Notes under the pieces: generated by a model | Database searches by the model: none | What the model was told of the DNA's origin: nothing | The model's input: the letters and a program-made list of their open reading frames with translations, nothing else | Made by a program: the position numbers and the translations under genes | Assembly (NCBI GenBank): GCA_048013815.1 | Contig: CM106585.1 | Location: forward strand, 7,192,001 to 7,256,000 | DNA length: 64,000 nt | DNA from: Setoptus koraiensis | Lineage: Eukaryota > Animalia > Arthropoda | Direction: 5' to 3' | Shown here: positions 14,081-29,300 of the stretch, one piece after another | Layout of the letters: each line of letters begins with the position of its first letter | Position numbering within the stretch: position 1 is the stretch's first letter

Positions 14081-14200
14081 GTTGACACTAGTTGACGCTG
14101 GTTGACACTGGTTGGCGCTGGTTCTCACCGGTTCACACTGGCTCATGTTGGCTCGCTCCGACTGGCACCGACTGGCACCGGCTCGCAGTGGCTGGCGCTG
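14081..14200. repeat. Degenerate 10-bp-period tandem array, 12 units
   Basis: gttgacacta gttgacgctg gttgacactg gttggcgctg gttctcaccg gttcacactg gctcatgttg gctcgctccg actggcaccg actggcaccg gctcgcagtg gctggcgctg. Confidence 0.75.
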
Positions 14201-17200
14201 GTGATGATATGCAAAATAGCGCAATTTGAACATGGTTGGTTTGCGCCTAAATCTGTTTAAATCTGGGCAATTCTTTGCGAGTCTCCGCAGATATGATGGC
14301 TTAAAAACGATGGTTGCCCGAGAAGCAGAAAAGCGGACACAGAGGAGAAAATGTTGTTGTATCGATTTGTTGACACTATTTGTTGATGCACTGTTATCTG
14401 GGGCGCAACGGCGCCACTCACAAACAGTCAGGTGAGTGAATGAATTTCTGCACCACTGACAACTGTCGTTGTCGCCGTTGTTGTCGTTGTCGTCGCTGTT
14501 GTCGCAGTTGTCGCAGTTGTCGTTGTTGTCGGTGTTGTTGTTGTTGCTGTTGCTGTTGTTGTGCCCGGTGTTGTGTTGTTACACAGTGCAGTGTTGCTGC
14601 TGTTGGCAGTGCAGAAGTGTCAGGTAGGCAACGACGTTTGACCGAGCAGTCAATGTTGGCTGCCATCTTCCACCAATGCCTGCCCCCTTTGGCCTGCCCC
14701 CAAAAGAAGCTTCTTTGTGTGGAGCCGTTGTTTGTGGTCGGTTCGTTCGCTTTGTGCTCCTCACTCATTTGTGTGTCGCTCTCCCATCGCTCCCATGGTG
14801 CCCGTCGCGTCGGTCGTGGCCGCGGTCCAGTGTGTCCCGCAAATTGGACTCACAAGGTATATTGTCAGGTAAAAGGCGGCCGTGATTCGGGTGTCATTGT
14901 TGCGTTGGCACCAATAATACGCTTCTCATGGTCAACTCATCGCTGGCTCTGTTTGCGTGATTTGGGTGTTGGGGTGACACACACACACACACAACGCAGT
15001 GCATTGTTGCGCATTTTCGGCAGCCGCCGGGCCCATCGGGACCCATTGAGCGCCTTCGAGCGGCGCCGGCCCCAATCTGGCGCCGTCGCTGCTGCTGCCC
15101 GATCACAACATAACCCGTAGCTAGCGGACGGTGCCAATCGGTTTGTCAATCGGAGTGGCCGGCCGACAGTTGAATGGTTGGCCAGAAATCTGTCGTTGGG
15201 GTTGCCGGCAGCCGCTTGGGGCTGTTGTGTCGGGCAACTATTGCGCAGCCCGACACAACAGATGATACCCAAAATAATGGCACCCCAAATAACAGCAGCG
15301 ACTCGGATGTTTTGTTAGCAGCAGCGGCAAACAATCGACAATGTCAACCTATCGACAATATCAATTCTTTATGGCGGCAGTGGCACAACGCGAACGTGTC
15401 GAGTACCCGTCGATCTTGTAGGCGAGTGTCGGGTGCCGCGCAACGAGCGAATTCAAATCACAGCGTACATTTATAATGTATTGTGTCACCACTACACATT
15501 GCGTTATAATACAACATTGATAATACAACATTGATAATACAACATTGCAATACCAGGGGGGTACAATACATTACGGGGGGGGGGCCGGCACTGAGGAATG
15601 CGGGCTCTTCCTGTCGCCGGCAACAGTTGGCAGCGCCGCAGTTGCGTCACCCTCGGCGTCACCTGTGCCGCGCCCGGTGCAAGCTGCCGGTGGAGCGGCA
15701 AAGGAATTCCGTTCGAGTTTGTGTCCGAACTTGCACTTCGACACGTTCGATTCGACCGATTGGCCGATGGCGACTTTCAGGGCGTTCGGCAAAGTTCGGC
15801 TAATGGCACCAAAGGAATGTCGCCTCTGCGCCGGCCCGCACACCTGAGCCGTCGGTGCCGGTGCCCGAGTGAACGGCGACACGGGCCCGCCGGGCCACGA
15901 GCCGGCGCGCAACTGGCCCAGTTGACATCGCGCCGTCTAATTGCGCCCTGTTCATTATTATCGCTCAGTGATTGTTGTTGTCGGAGCGGCGCGGCGCGGC
16001 CGCCCGCCGCTTTCAATTCAATCAATTGAAACTGGCTGTCACTTGTGGCGCTCGGCTCAGCTTGAAGGACGCAATCGAAGCTGGCACAAGCTGGCCGGTT
16101 AATCAGTTTCGGCCAGGTCCGGCCCGAACCGTTCAGTGGGCCGCTGACCACCAGTGCTCAAGATGAATGGATGCGGCGCTCGCCCAAATCAATCACATGT
16201 CCACCCAGCGGACAGGTAATAATCGCCGAGTCAGGCGAACGCTGCCCCTGAATTAATGAGCACTGAGCCGCTCGCCATCGCATATCGCCGCTTGTATCGC
16301 CGCTCGTATCGCCGCTTGTATCGGCGCTTGTATATCCGCTGGCAACCAATGGCAAGGGCTCATTAGCCTATTAGCGAGAGAGCCAGTAACAGTGGTCGTT
16401 TAAAGGTCTAGTTGTGCAGCAATTATCAATCTCTGTGCTGTTTGTTTGTCTCGTAGTGGCCGATAATTCATTGGCCATGATGAAACAAATTTGAATTTTC
16501 ACTCGCGAGCTCATGCACACTGTTCCACGACAGCAACAGCAGCACCGGTCGCCCAACGCCAACGGAGTCCGCTCGACCAAAGAATCGGCCCGAGCCAGAG
16601 AATTTCGCGGCGGTAACTTGTTCGCGTTCTTGTCCGGCAACCGGCGACCAATTGCAATTCTCTCGCTCTCGCTATCGAAGGCGCTCCATTGAGCGCGGCC
16701 ACGGTCGCCACTTTTCAGCATCATCAGGCCACGCTAAAACATCACGAAATTTATCATTTTTGCCAGCGCCACAACAAGCCAATCACGAATATTATCTCAC
16801 TATTTGGCTCTGCTGTCCGTCGTATCGCGTCGCCCGTCACCCGTCGTCCCTCGTCGGCCGCACACCCGGCCGCGAACCGAGCGGCAACCACGGGCGACCC
16901 GCGCGGCCGACCCGGGCCGCTGTCAGCCCCCGTTGGAGCGGGTTGGCCGGCAGCGCCACTCGACGGTGGCATTATTCATATAACAGCAGCTCGCCATTAG
17001 CTGACCACTGGTTGAGTCAGCTCAATCAGCTGACAGCGGTCGTTTGTGGCCACAATCAGCAGCGACCAAACACAAAGCTCAGCTTGCGGGCAGCCAACAA
17101 AATCACCGCCGGCCAGCAAATTAAGATGGTTTATAGTGATGATGCAATCACACATAAGCGTCCATTTATTTATACCCGACGACGCACACCCGACGGGGCA

Positions 17201-17301
17201 GGCATACCTGGCGCAGGTGATATATGCGTATATTCGTGCGTATCGGTGCACACAGGTAAACTATTATATCCAACTGTAGTCAGCCGAATGTGTCGCTTCT
17301 T

Positions 17302-17360
<59 letters not shown>

Positions 17361-17366
17361 GCGTGT
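17302..17366. repeat. (GT)n microsatellite
   Basis: Near-perfect GT dinucleotide run. Confidence 0.97.
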
Positions 17367-20300
17367 AGGCACTGCTAAGTAGTTGTGGCCACTACTCATA
17401 AATCAATGCCACTCGCACTTGCCTGTATCAGCCTTGCACTTGCCTGCCCGTTTGGCTCTGTCCGGCTCGGGCCGCCGCTGCAGCCGCTTATCTCATGAGA
17501 TGCGCTCTTACCAGATCGTCGTCATGACAACGCAACAGGTGGCCCGACACAAATACCCCGAGCTCCGCTCACAAATGCGCCCACAATCAGGGGTATTCTT
17601 CACCAGAAGCGGCCAACTCGACGATTGCCCCCAATTGCGCCGATTCCCCCACCCGACCCAAGTCAGGGCATTCGGGCGCGATCTGCAGAATGGGTCTTCG
17701 TAGACCCGTGCCACAAGCCGGCCCGGCTATCCGCACCACCCCAGAGCGGGCGCTCTCCGTCTCGGCACGGCTCGGTCGTTTGTGCCGGAGAGAGGCGTGG
17801 CTGCCATCAGAGATTCATTGCGGATTATCTGTGCAAAAACCATCCACCAAAACCCGCCAACACTAGCTATGTTTTTGCAAAAAGTACCGCGTCCTCTCGC
17901 GCGTATGCGACCGTGCTAGCGTGCACTAATTTCGACAAATATTATCTCAGCTAATACATATTATATGTGGTTTGATTATCGCTGCGATCACTGATTAAAA
18001 TTGTGGAAAAAAAAAACAAAAAATAAACATAAATTCTGACATTGCGACTTAACATGATTGTAGCCGCTTTTTTTCGCCAGCAAAAAAAGGCTCGCCGGAA
18101 GTGGATACGGCAACTTGCGGCAAAATGGAAATTGTGCGAGCGAGACAATCGACCAGCCAGCCGATTGTCTGGCTGGCTGCATATCTGTTTGGATGGCAAT
18201 CTGTTGATGTTGTTGTTGTTGTTGTCGAGCTTCATGTCAGAAATAACCTGCCTAGCTACTTCATTTTATTTTATGTTACACAAGTTACAGCAAGTCGAGA
18301 ATGCGAAGTAAGTCAAGTGCAACAGAAACGAGCGCTGTTGCCAATCGGATTTGCGCGGATATTTTATATATCGTTATCAGATCAATCAGAGTGTGTGTGT
18401 AGAGTTGTGACATTCTGGCAATAAAGAGCCAATTTAGAATGGCAAGATATGCAATAATGGTTGTCTCTACGGGCAAAACCCGCGCCATTTAACTGGCAAT
18501 CACGGCGCCGGTGAGACGCTAACTAGCTGAGACGAGCCTGAATCAGGTAGGCTGATTATTATGTAATGATGTTGTTGATTAACAACAAGTCGGCCCATTT
18601 AATCTGCGACATTCATCTGGCAGTGGCGTAGTCTAGTTTTTACTGTGTAATTTGTCAAGTCTTGTCGTCTAGTCTAGTCTAGTCTGGCTGCCAGAGCCGA
18701 AGTGAGCCGGCTCGGTCAAGTGCTCACATTGCATACCATACTTAATTTAGTCTGGCGACAGGTGAGTATAGGGGCGAGACAATAACACTTATACTTGTGT
18801 TGGCTAGCTGCGTTTTTCAGTGCGTATTATCAGATTATGGCATTATAACATTATAAACTCATTATAAACATTGCCTCAGCCAACAACTAATGTTATTAAC
18901 AACAATCGTGGCATAGACAAAATGATGCAATGGACGCAATGGCTAGTGTGACGACCAAAATGACAAACGTTGATTGAGACGTTGATTCTGCTGTTGATCT
19001 GGCAGTGTTTCTTATTGCACAGTATGATGCGATGATATGATACGATTATATAATACGATGATATGATACCATGATATGATACCGTGATATGTACACAATC
19101 TTGTCATCTAAATTAATTTCATCTTTGGCTCATTTCATCGAGCACGATTAATGAGGCCATTGCGCAATCGAATCATTGCCTCGTTATCTAGATGTGTAGG
19201 GGCAGGTTGTTTGCTTGGCAAGCAACCTGTCGATTGAATGTGACAAAAAACTTTTTTGTGAGTCTGCAAAATGCAATTTTGAGAAAAGAGTTGCGCCATT
19301 ATTGCCACTTGCCTAGCGCCCGGTATCTACGGCACATATCGAGCATCAATTAGAGACAGAGATCCCCTGCCGAGATAACAGTTAGCCGACGATCAACAAA
19401 TTGCATAATACCAATTGTATGATACAAATTGATTTGCGGCGCACACGTCTAGGAACTATGTATACATTTGTTGTATGAATTGATTTCTCTACAATAATCA
19501 CCATAGATTAGATAATCGCTGCAATGCTACTGCTGCTGCTGCTGCTGCTACTGCAAATGCAGGTGATGATGATGATGATGATGCCCACTACCGGCTCAAC
19601 TAGCTAAGTGCAAAACTAGCCAAGCGAATAAGCCGAGATTGGCTGATCAGAGATAGATCTGATAAGGAGATCGCTGATCTCTCCAACAGGAGATACCTCT
19701 GAAAGAAGAGATACCTCAGAGAGAAGAGATAAGCGCTCACAAAGTGGTTGGTGTCAGTGAGCAACGACGACTCAACCAGAGCACTCACAAACAAACCTCA
19801 TCTCACCATCTCGCCAATTGATACATTGTCTCTATTTGCATACATTATATTTAATTAAATTTAATTATATTTATGTGCTATCATCGCTATATCATTGTGA
19901 TGGCAAGATGATTGTGTTGATCTCATGATCTTTTCACTGCTTTCACTCTGTTTGTTGTTATGTGCCAATTTGACATTCATTCATTCATTATTATTATTAC
20001 TTGTAGTGTTAGTATTTAAATAGCTGGTTGAACGACACCGGCGCTTGTCATAGGGCAAGCTGCAGTCGTTGAAGCTGCCAGCGACAACAACTATCCCCGA
20101 ACACAGCCATAAGCACACGCTGCGCCACCTGTCGGCCAGGTGGCGACCAGCTAGTGAAAGGTAGTGTGCGAGTTAGAGGTAGTAATTGACACAATGTGTG
20201 TCAATGCCAATGAATATGCGACGTCCAACCGAAACAACAACAAATCTCTGAACAGCATCCAATAAATATCATATAAATAATAAAGATTGACAGAATATGC

Positions 20301-23300
20301 ATAACTCAATTAGTCGCACATGAGCGAGAGCCTCTCTCTGTCTCTCTCTCTCTCACTTTATCCATTTGCCATTGGGGGTCTATGGCAGACATTTTGAAAA
20401 GTTTAAACAGCCCGAATGACCTTGAGCGCTGCTCCACATCCACCTGTCTAGCCAATAGAGTCTCGGCAATGTAGTAATAATATAATTGTGTGTCACAGTG
20501 CGCCAATTGATCGAGGTGATTTATGGCTGGCAAGTGGCAATCAAACGATTGTGTGCATCGCATTACTATATCTTTATTTATCTATATATATATATATGGT
20601 ACAAGCATGTGGAATAAGCATTCGGGATATAGTGTGGAGAGACTATTGTAAGACGAAGACGACGAATCGTCGAGCTCTCGAATTGACGTCACGCCAATAG
20701 GTGAAAGAGGAAACTTTTACCTGATGCCAAGCGACAATGCCGGCGACAATCGGTTGGCTTGCCAGCCAACGAATGTCGCCGGCTGAATACTAAATAGGCG
20801 AGCGGAAGATGAGGCGATAAGAGCGACGAGTGAGTTAAGTCACTTGATAGCTCACTGATGGCTCATTGATACGAGATACTGCATGGGTTATATTGCTGCT
20901 TGTGGCAGCTAGCGACTAGATTATTATTATTGTGAGCATGAGTATAATATAATAATAATAATAGTAATAATTTGTGCTCACTGATTACAGGGGGCCAACA
21001 ATCAATTCATTAAGACGCCCACAAGATTGCCGATATGGCAACGTGATGGTTGCGCCATCATACATCATCGAGAATTGTCATTTTAATTATGGCAATTGTC
21101 TAATTAATTGAGCATTGCTGGCAGCGCCCAGCGGCGACGAGCCATTGCGGCGACAAGTGATCGCGGCGACTGGTCTGATTGGCACAGATTGAGCCGTCAC
21201 CTGGAGTGGAGTGGATGCAATTTGCAACTGGATCGGCTGGTGTGCAATATGCGACGATCGTCGGGATCGCTTGTTAATTATATATATAAATATAAAATAT
21301 AGCGTGTGGCCCTGTTAATGTGTTGCGCGTTGTCGCCATTATCGCCTTATAGTAATTAGCAATAGGCAGAGCATAAGATGCTGCAGTGGAAAGGCACCAA
21401 GCGAAGTGAAATGGTGCTCAAGAAGAAGCAACAAGTGGTCTCGTACTCGGATAGACATACTTTAATAGCGCCATTATAACTAATAATATCGCTATCCGAT
21501 GTGTGCGTGCCGCTCTCGTCTAGCGATTGCATATCCATACGATTATATAAATATATGGATAAATCTAATATCTTGTTATCTAGTGGCAGTCGGTGGTGGT
21601 GGTAAAAGAGAGAAAGAGAAAAAGTGAAAAAGCGAAAAGCGAAAAAGCGAAAAAGTGAAAAAGTGAAATGAATGCCGGTCATTGACCCGTCCACGGCAAG
21701 ATATTCAAGGTTATTTGGCTAGCTGGCACTTGTTGCAGCGACAGCTACCATGAGCACTAGCACGGCGACACTCATTGCGACTACTTTGTCAAGCTAGCTA
21801 GCCATTGAGATGGCGCAACATGCAGCAGCAGCAGCCAGACAGAGTTGAGGCAAGGAAACGAGCCAGGCAAAGTTGCTGCCACAAGCCAGCCTAATGAGGG
21901 CCTAATGAACAAACAACTACCACTCGCCCAATCGGCCTGTAGACGGCGCACACACACACGCACACACTGCTGGAGTACGACACACACACACACAGTCTAC
22001 AGGTGACATAAGATTATACAGGTACTTGCATAGGGCCGTGCGTTGAGCGACTGCATCGCTAATGAGCCGGCTGCCGTGATTTGTTGCTATTGGCGCTGCT
22101 GTTGCTGTTGCGATTGTTATTGGCAGTTGTCTGGCGTCTTTATTGACTTTGCTCACTTTAGTTACCCGCTGCCGCCGCTCGGCCCACTCACATCAATGTC
22201 TGTCTCATGGTGCCCGGTCGGGTCGGCGCCCGCTCTCGACCCGACCGACGGCCGGCGCCGCCTCCGACCCGGGCCCGGCCGCCCTCGACTCGGACCCGGC
22301 CGGCTGCTCGCATGCGCACCGGCGCACTGCAACAATGGCGCATCGAGTCTTGTCAGGCGCACACGACAAGACGCCATCCATCTATCGCCAGACACACTAC
22401 AACATGGCAAGCTCGTGTTGCGCAACACGAAACAAGGTGAATGAAATTGTGTGTGATTGCGCGCAATGGCAACGACAAAATAAATATAATATCCGTACTA
22501 TTATCAACTATTATTAGTATTGCTATTATTAGTATAGTGTAGACATAACAATGTAAACTGTGGCAAGTGCATGACAATGAACCGCCAAAACAAACAGCAC
22601 ACAATCAAGTGGCGCGTCGATCGCACTTCCGTCACTCACAACAAGTCAGCACAGCAGCAACTCACACACGCCACCAGCTAGCCAACTTTTCAACACACGC
22701 ACAACTAGCTTGCCAAGTACGCGACAACTTGACTAGCCCGAGCTGGCAAGCTAGTTGTTGGCGCGCGCGCGCAGTAGCACAAGTTGCGCGAGCTTGACGG
22801 GCGCGCGCGCGCTCGTTTGGCCTTGACCTTTGGCGCGCCACCCTGCGCTGACTTTTGGTTAAGCACACGCGGACAAAATAGTGCGCAGAAAAAACAACGC
22901 GTGCGCACGTGCCGCATCGTTGCCTGTTTGTCGTGTTGTTGCGTGCGCGCGTTATCTAACACAACGCGCGCGTCTTGCCAGGCCGACCTTGCCAGAACGT
23001 GCACAGCGCGGCCCGAGTCGCACAGCGTGCACAATACGCGCGCGCGCTCGGTGACCTAATATGAGTAATTTACCTTGGGATGGCCTTGAAATTGATCTCT
23101 CGCTTGCTCGCTCGCTCGCTCGACAAATGGCTGGCTGCTCGTTGCTGGCAATGGCTCATGGTTTGGCGAGAGTCGGCGATTTTGTTGGCACTGGCGTCGT
23201 AACAGGAATACGAACGCAACGTAATAATGGTAATAGCTGGCCGGCTTTAATTCAGTCTGTCGCCGCCGCCGCCGCCAGACGCGCCATAAATAATAATGGC

Positions 23301-26300
23301 AGCACATAAACGGCCATTTCAGTAAACTGTGCCTCTGTGCGTGCATAATGATTTGCATAATGGCCTTCAACTCTTTCTGGCGGTCGTCGTGGTTCTTTGG
23401 CGCTTGTTTGCGCTCGGCTTTTCCTCCTTAATCCCTAAGCCTTTGGCTGGCCTTATCTCTCTGGCGTTTTGAGCACGACGAGCAGCTTGCAGCGAGAGGC
23501 ACAGCGGCTCACGAACGGCGCCGGAACAGCGCGCAATTGCGAGCCGGTGTCAGCGCAACAAGACATTAGACAGGGGTGCACAGTGACGAGGTGTAACTGG
23601 CGCAAATGGTGGCGCAAGGGGTCGCCCCACTCACATTTGTTATTGAGTGGTCACCTTGGGGGCGCCGGCTGATGTGTCAACTGGCGAGCGTAATTGATTG
23701 CGGCACCCTCACTGACAGGTAACTTGTTTTGGGTTGCTTGTTAGCGATTCGCCAGCGACCGTGAGAATGGCCGCTCGGGCACGTACCGGGCCGGCGCCGC
23801 GGCTCCACCTGTCGGCGACGGGCGTGTTGCTTGGGAGCGATCTCGACACTAGCGCTCACACATTGTTAATGGGACAGTGGCTGCCGTTGATGAGACAGCG
23901 TCGATAAAATGAATGGCGTGCCGGCCATGTCCGATTGTCGTAAATGCAATTACGCGGCGAGCCGGCATCTCGAAACGGGCAACGGGCAACTGCCAATTGC
24001 GCCAACAGAAAGTTGGCCGCAACTTGTGCCCATGCGGCGACGCGGCCAGTTTCCGCAACCCGGCAAACAGTTTCGGCTGCTCGCGCATCCCAATGAAACT
24101 GTTTGCCGGGTTCGCGATCGGCGCGCCAGCGCCGCCGTCCGACGGCGGCCATCGGGAGCGCCAATGGGAACGCAGCAGCCGGCTACCTGTCGATTGGCTG
24201 TCACGGACACGCACGCACACCGGCCGTCGGTGCGGATCGCGTGTCCATTGTTGTCGTTGTTGTTGCTGTCGTTGGTCAGTTGATTGGCCGGAGCGAGGCT
24301 GGCGTCGATTGCGGGCGCAAACAAGCTCCAGTGGCCAGCGGCAAACAGCAAACAACCACAGGTGAGCTGTGAGCGCCATAAAACACCTACAACAATGACA
24401 TGACGACATGCTCACCTGAGATGAGCCGGCGCTGCAAGCTCAATGATGCAATCATCGTTGGCCAGTGTCCGGTGAGTGGCAGTGTCGGCACGCTGACACA
24501 CGGACGCCGGCTAGCGCCGGTCATTGAGCCAGTCATCGCGCGGTGATTGTGTCGTCGCGTTGGCTCATTCAGCCCGCAATCAGCGGGCGCATGTCGCGCC
24601 GCCGGCCTGCGTGTGTCAGCGGACCGTGCGGCCGGTCGCTGTGCGGACAGGGGCGCCGCAAGCTAGCGTCCAGCGGCCGCGTTGATTGATCGCGCGGAGT
24701 GGCGGGCCGCTGATCGCTTTTTGGATCGGGTCGGCGCGGCGCGGCAATTGGCGCGCTCGGGCACAGAAGGGCGCGCCCTACGAACGAGCCGCCATTGACA
24801 CGGCGGCTCATTACCACTTTGGGGTCGGCCGGTGCGCGTTACCGCTTGCGCATAAGACGCCCACTTGCAGACGCATCTCACAAGTCAGTCTGGCGGCTCT
24901 GTGGCGCCTGTCGGGCACCTGTCGGGCAGCGCGCGCAAACATTGTCCGAACGGACGAGCGCTGTCGGATGTGCGGATCGCATATGGCGCACACAACGGCG
25001 AATAAACACATCACTGTCGGGCCGAGTGTCCGCCAACAATGCGAGCCGCGCTTGTCGGGCCGGCCGCGGCCGAAATGGCGCAGCGCCAATAGCAACAACA
25101 ACAATGAACTGTTTGCCCATTATGCAACCGGCATAGCGAGCGTCCATAGCGGATCGTGCACCTGTTGCTGTTTGTTTGTTTGTTTGTTGGCTTTGTTTGC
25201 TCGCTTGCTTGCGACCAGCAAACACTGTTGTGAGTGTGCGTTAAAGAGCGGCGCATGCACTAAATCGCTCCATCATTTCGCTTAAACTTCACTTATAATG
25301 AGCATGCCAATTCCGACAACAACCGGCCGGCAATCGGCAATTCCGATGAGCGAGCCAGCGCAAACTTGCCAGCTTGCACAGCTCGCAAAATTGCGCGCAA
25401 CTCACCGCGAGAATCCTTTTCGCTTGGGCTCATTTCGCTTCATTCGCCAGCCGGCCACTGTCTGTTGCGAGCGGCAAATCCGGCCCGGTGTCCGGCGGCC
25501 AGTCTCGCGATGCGAGCCTGGCGCAAGGCGAACGCGCCACCAGTGGACACAGCCTGTGATGCAGCCTGAGACGGGCCAAAGAATCGATTGGAGGTGCAAA
25601 GAATCGATCATTCCATCAGCGCACGCATCAGTGTCAGTGTCAGTGTATGTACTCCACTGACAGCCCGTCCATTAGCACCGGCCAAACGACACCCCGGCCG
25701 GCCCTTCACGGCCTGCGGCGAGGGTGTGACCCCGGATCGAGGGCCGGCGGGCCAGCTCGGGCGGACAAGCTAGGCAAGCCAGCAGCCGGAACGGCGCTGG
25801 CCGGCGGATGACGCACAAGTGCTCATGTGGACGCGCACACCGGCAAACGGCGATATTCATATGGATTATCTCTTATCAAGTTATTGCCAAGTGATGGATT
25901 GAAAAGTCACCGAACTACAGCACCGACAACAACAACAACAACAGCACCGACAACAACAACAACAACAACAACAACAGCACCGACAACAGCAACAACGGCA
26001 ACAGCGACAACAACAACAACAGCTCAATGACCAAACATGGAAATGAAACAGAACAGGTGCAACAGTGTTGCTGTTGAATGCGCCGCGAGCCGGCCCTCTC
26101 AATCAATCATTTGGCCCCCTCAATCAACCTTGACGTTACAATGATGCAATCGCAGCAAGAAGCGGCGCCGGTATCATCTGCATATGTTGTCGTGTTAACA
26201 TGAACACATCTCACCACATTGATCACATTGCAAGAGTAACTTTTATTACGTAACAACAGCACGATTATGATGACTTATGATGACTACGATTGCCATGTGT

Positions 26301-29300
26301 GTACTGTACTGTGTTGTAATCTAATAATAACGCGCCTAATAATAACAACAATAATAACGTTACGTTGCATTGTAATATTAGTGTTGCGTAATAGTGTTTT
26401 AGTATCAGTTATTAGTGGTTGGCGGTTGGTGGTTAGTGGTTAGCTGTTAGTAATTGCAGTTGTAATGTCACTGTGGCGCAACAACTAGGCCGCTTGTCGT
26501 GACACGACTGTGCACTGAATAGAGATTCTTTCTAGAGCGGGCCACTACTTAATGGCGCCACACGACAATACCACCCGTGCAATATTGCTGTTTTCAGCCG
26601 ACAACAAACAGTGAAAAACATACAAATGTACGCAAATGTAGTGCCTGTTACAATTGAAATGATGCAATTAAAACAAATACAACAACTATGACGCAACAAT
26701 GCTATAACAACAACACACACACAAAAAGTGTAACAATGCAACTGTTATATTATTGTGTCACACAATCAGACTGGATATTGCACTGTCTACGCCAAAATTA
26801 GATTTATTATTGCGCTATGTTGGCTAGACTGTCTAATCCGTGCTTATAAATACAATGTTTCTAGGGGACTTATGGCGCAAATAAATACAAATATTCACCA
26901 TGCAAGTGGCTGCTAATTTTATTTATTTATCAATGGAGACGCTGTGTTGTGGTCGGTGTTGTGGTCGATGTTGTGGTTGGTTCGTCGCGGACGGACTTGT
27001 TGCGCAACACAAACACAGGCCACACTGACAACAAGAAATCGTTGCAAGTTGCAACGGACCGGCTAGTGTCCAATCGTGGTGCCTATTGGCGCAATAGTAC
27101 GGTTTGTATTGGCGCGCCCAATTAATAAAGTTGTGTAACACTTGATAATTCAGTTCACTTTGGCTACTTTACTTTTAGCCGCTTTATTTTAAGACAAACC
27201 AGCAAGATGTGGTGCTAATGTAGTAGAGATTGTGTATTTGGTGCTAGTTGAGATGGTGTCGAGGCGTGCATTTGGCGACGAGCAGCGCCATCTGGGGCCG
27301 ATTCGGCGAGTGGTGTGTTGTTCGATTGTTCGATTGTTCGGGTGAAAATGTGCACCATTGCAACTGTGCTGCCCATGAAACAGTGCGACTAGTTGCAAAC
27401 ACACCTAATTGGAAGCGAAATTGTGCACCAGAAACGAGCCAATACGAGGAAGCCATACGCGAGAGAATGTTACGCAACAAGAGAAAGAGAGCGAGCGAGA
27501 GCGATTTCATTCATCTCTGACCACAACTCTGCAGCTACCTGTTGTTGGCATTGTTGTCGCTGTTGTTGTTGTTGTTGTTATCATTACCGGCCCATCATCT
27601 GTCCATTAGAATGGCACCTGTTGCCTGTGCTGTTCCCCTGTCGGCCGTTGCCGCCGTTGTTGTTGTTGTTGCTGTTGGCCCATAGCTAGTGATGCAGCAA
27701 CAACAACAACAACAACAGCGCCAACCACCACGACAAGTGCGCAGCGAATCGCACCGTGTGAGTCGCTCCCAAATTTCGCACACACACGCACATTAGCATC
27801 CTGCGCAAGCGAGAGACAGAAAGAGATTAAAAGAGCGATTGTTGTTGCTATTAGCAACGCGCCATGTTGCGTCACCACCGGCGCACATCGCCATGGCGAT
27901 GGAACGAAATGGCAACAGGAACGAGCCGCAAAAGCGCCGGCCCCGAACAGCGAACGCCGCCCGATTAGCCGAGCCCGGCAACTCTAATTGCAACTCTGTG
28001 CCTGTAGGTGTGCCCTCTAGGCGTGCGTGCCGGCCCGAGCGTTCGGCGGCGTTCGCGCCGGCCACTGGTCGCAGTTGGCAGCGGCCGCGGGAACTTTTCC
28101 TCGAACGAACCCGGCCGCCGAGTTGCCGCCAAGTCGCCGCGAACGCCGCCGAGTGCGCCGGCCGCCGAGTGTGCCGGCTCGCGAGCGCGCTCTCGAAGCG
28201 TTCGGAGCGCTCGAACGCTGCCAGCGTCGGGCCGAAATCGAACAGCAGCGCTGCGAGTCGGCGCTTCGAGCCGAACAGCGTCGCGCGAACAGAGCGAGCG
28301 GCTCGGAACAGGCCACTGGCAACGCGAATCGAACGCAGCCGGTCAAGTTGGTTTCAAGTTCGGCGAAACTCGAATTGGCGGCGGCCGATCGGCGCTGCCG
28401 CCAATTCGACTGCGCCGACTGCGAGAGTTGGAAGCCGCACTGCGAGTTGGAAGGCGCACTGCGCGTTCGAAGCCGAACCGCGAGCCGGCAAGTTGCAATT
28501 GCAGTGGCAGCGGCCGGGTCTCGTCGTCGAACTGGAATGGGCGGAATAACACGCTTGGCGCTGTTGTTGCTTCGAAATTGCCGCGGTGGCCGGCGCGCCA
28601 AGTTGCTCTTGAAGCTCAATGGTGCGTGCAAATAAGCTTGCAGCAGCATTGCCGCAGTTGCTCTTTAAAAAGAATGACGCAACAAGTGTTCGCTCAATTC
28701 ATGATCGCGCTACTACTTTCACTTGGCTCGCAAGTTGCGACTGCTCGCCAAAGCAGCAACCAAAGCTCACGACAGCAACGCAACAACGGCCGAGCTGCAC
28801 GCCATTTAACTAGCTGCTGCTGCTGCTGCTGCATGTATCTTGGTGGAAACATAGGCGGCTTACATGGCAACAACAACACCGACAACAACAACAACAACAA
28901 CAACAGCGACAACAACAGCAAAGCAACAAACAACAATAACAAGCTCGCTGGCGGAGTGATTGAACGAATTCATGGTCACTGCGCGCTCTGTTTGCGCGCC
29001 ATTTCGTCGGCCTCGGCGCGGCTTCGGCGCGGCGCGCATCGGATCGGCTCAAGCGGCCGGGCTGCAAATCGCCGGCCGGCTTCGATTGCCACTCGAGCCA
29101 TTGTGCTCTATCGGCCATTGTGCGCACCTGACTGTCCCGTCCATTATACGTATCATGCCAGCCAGCCAGACAGCGCGTCGTGTATTATACGTGTGGTGTC
29201 TATTTATATGTAATTATGTAGATATATATTAGATCGCGGATATTATTTCCGCACCACTGAGCACCGCTCAGCCGGCTGCTCGGCGGCGCGACGCTCGCCC

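Noticed and set aside
14440-15120. 226-aa poly-Cys ORF and similar poly-Cys/Leu/Gln ORFs (e.g. 32998-33479)
   Set aside because: Products of (TGT/TGC/CAA)n microsatellites.
28349-28366. WFQVRR, resembling homeodomain WFQNRR
   Set aside because: The invariant Asn is missing and upstream helix spacing does not fit a homeodomain.
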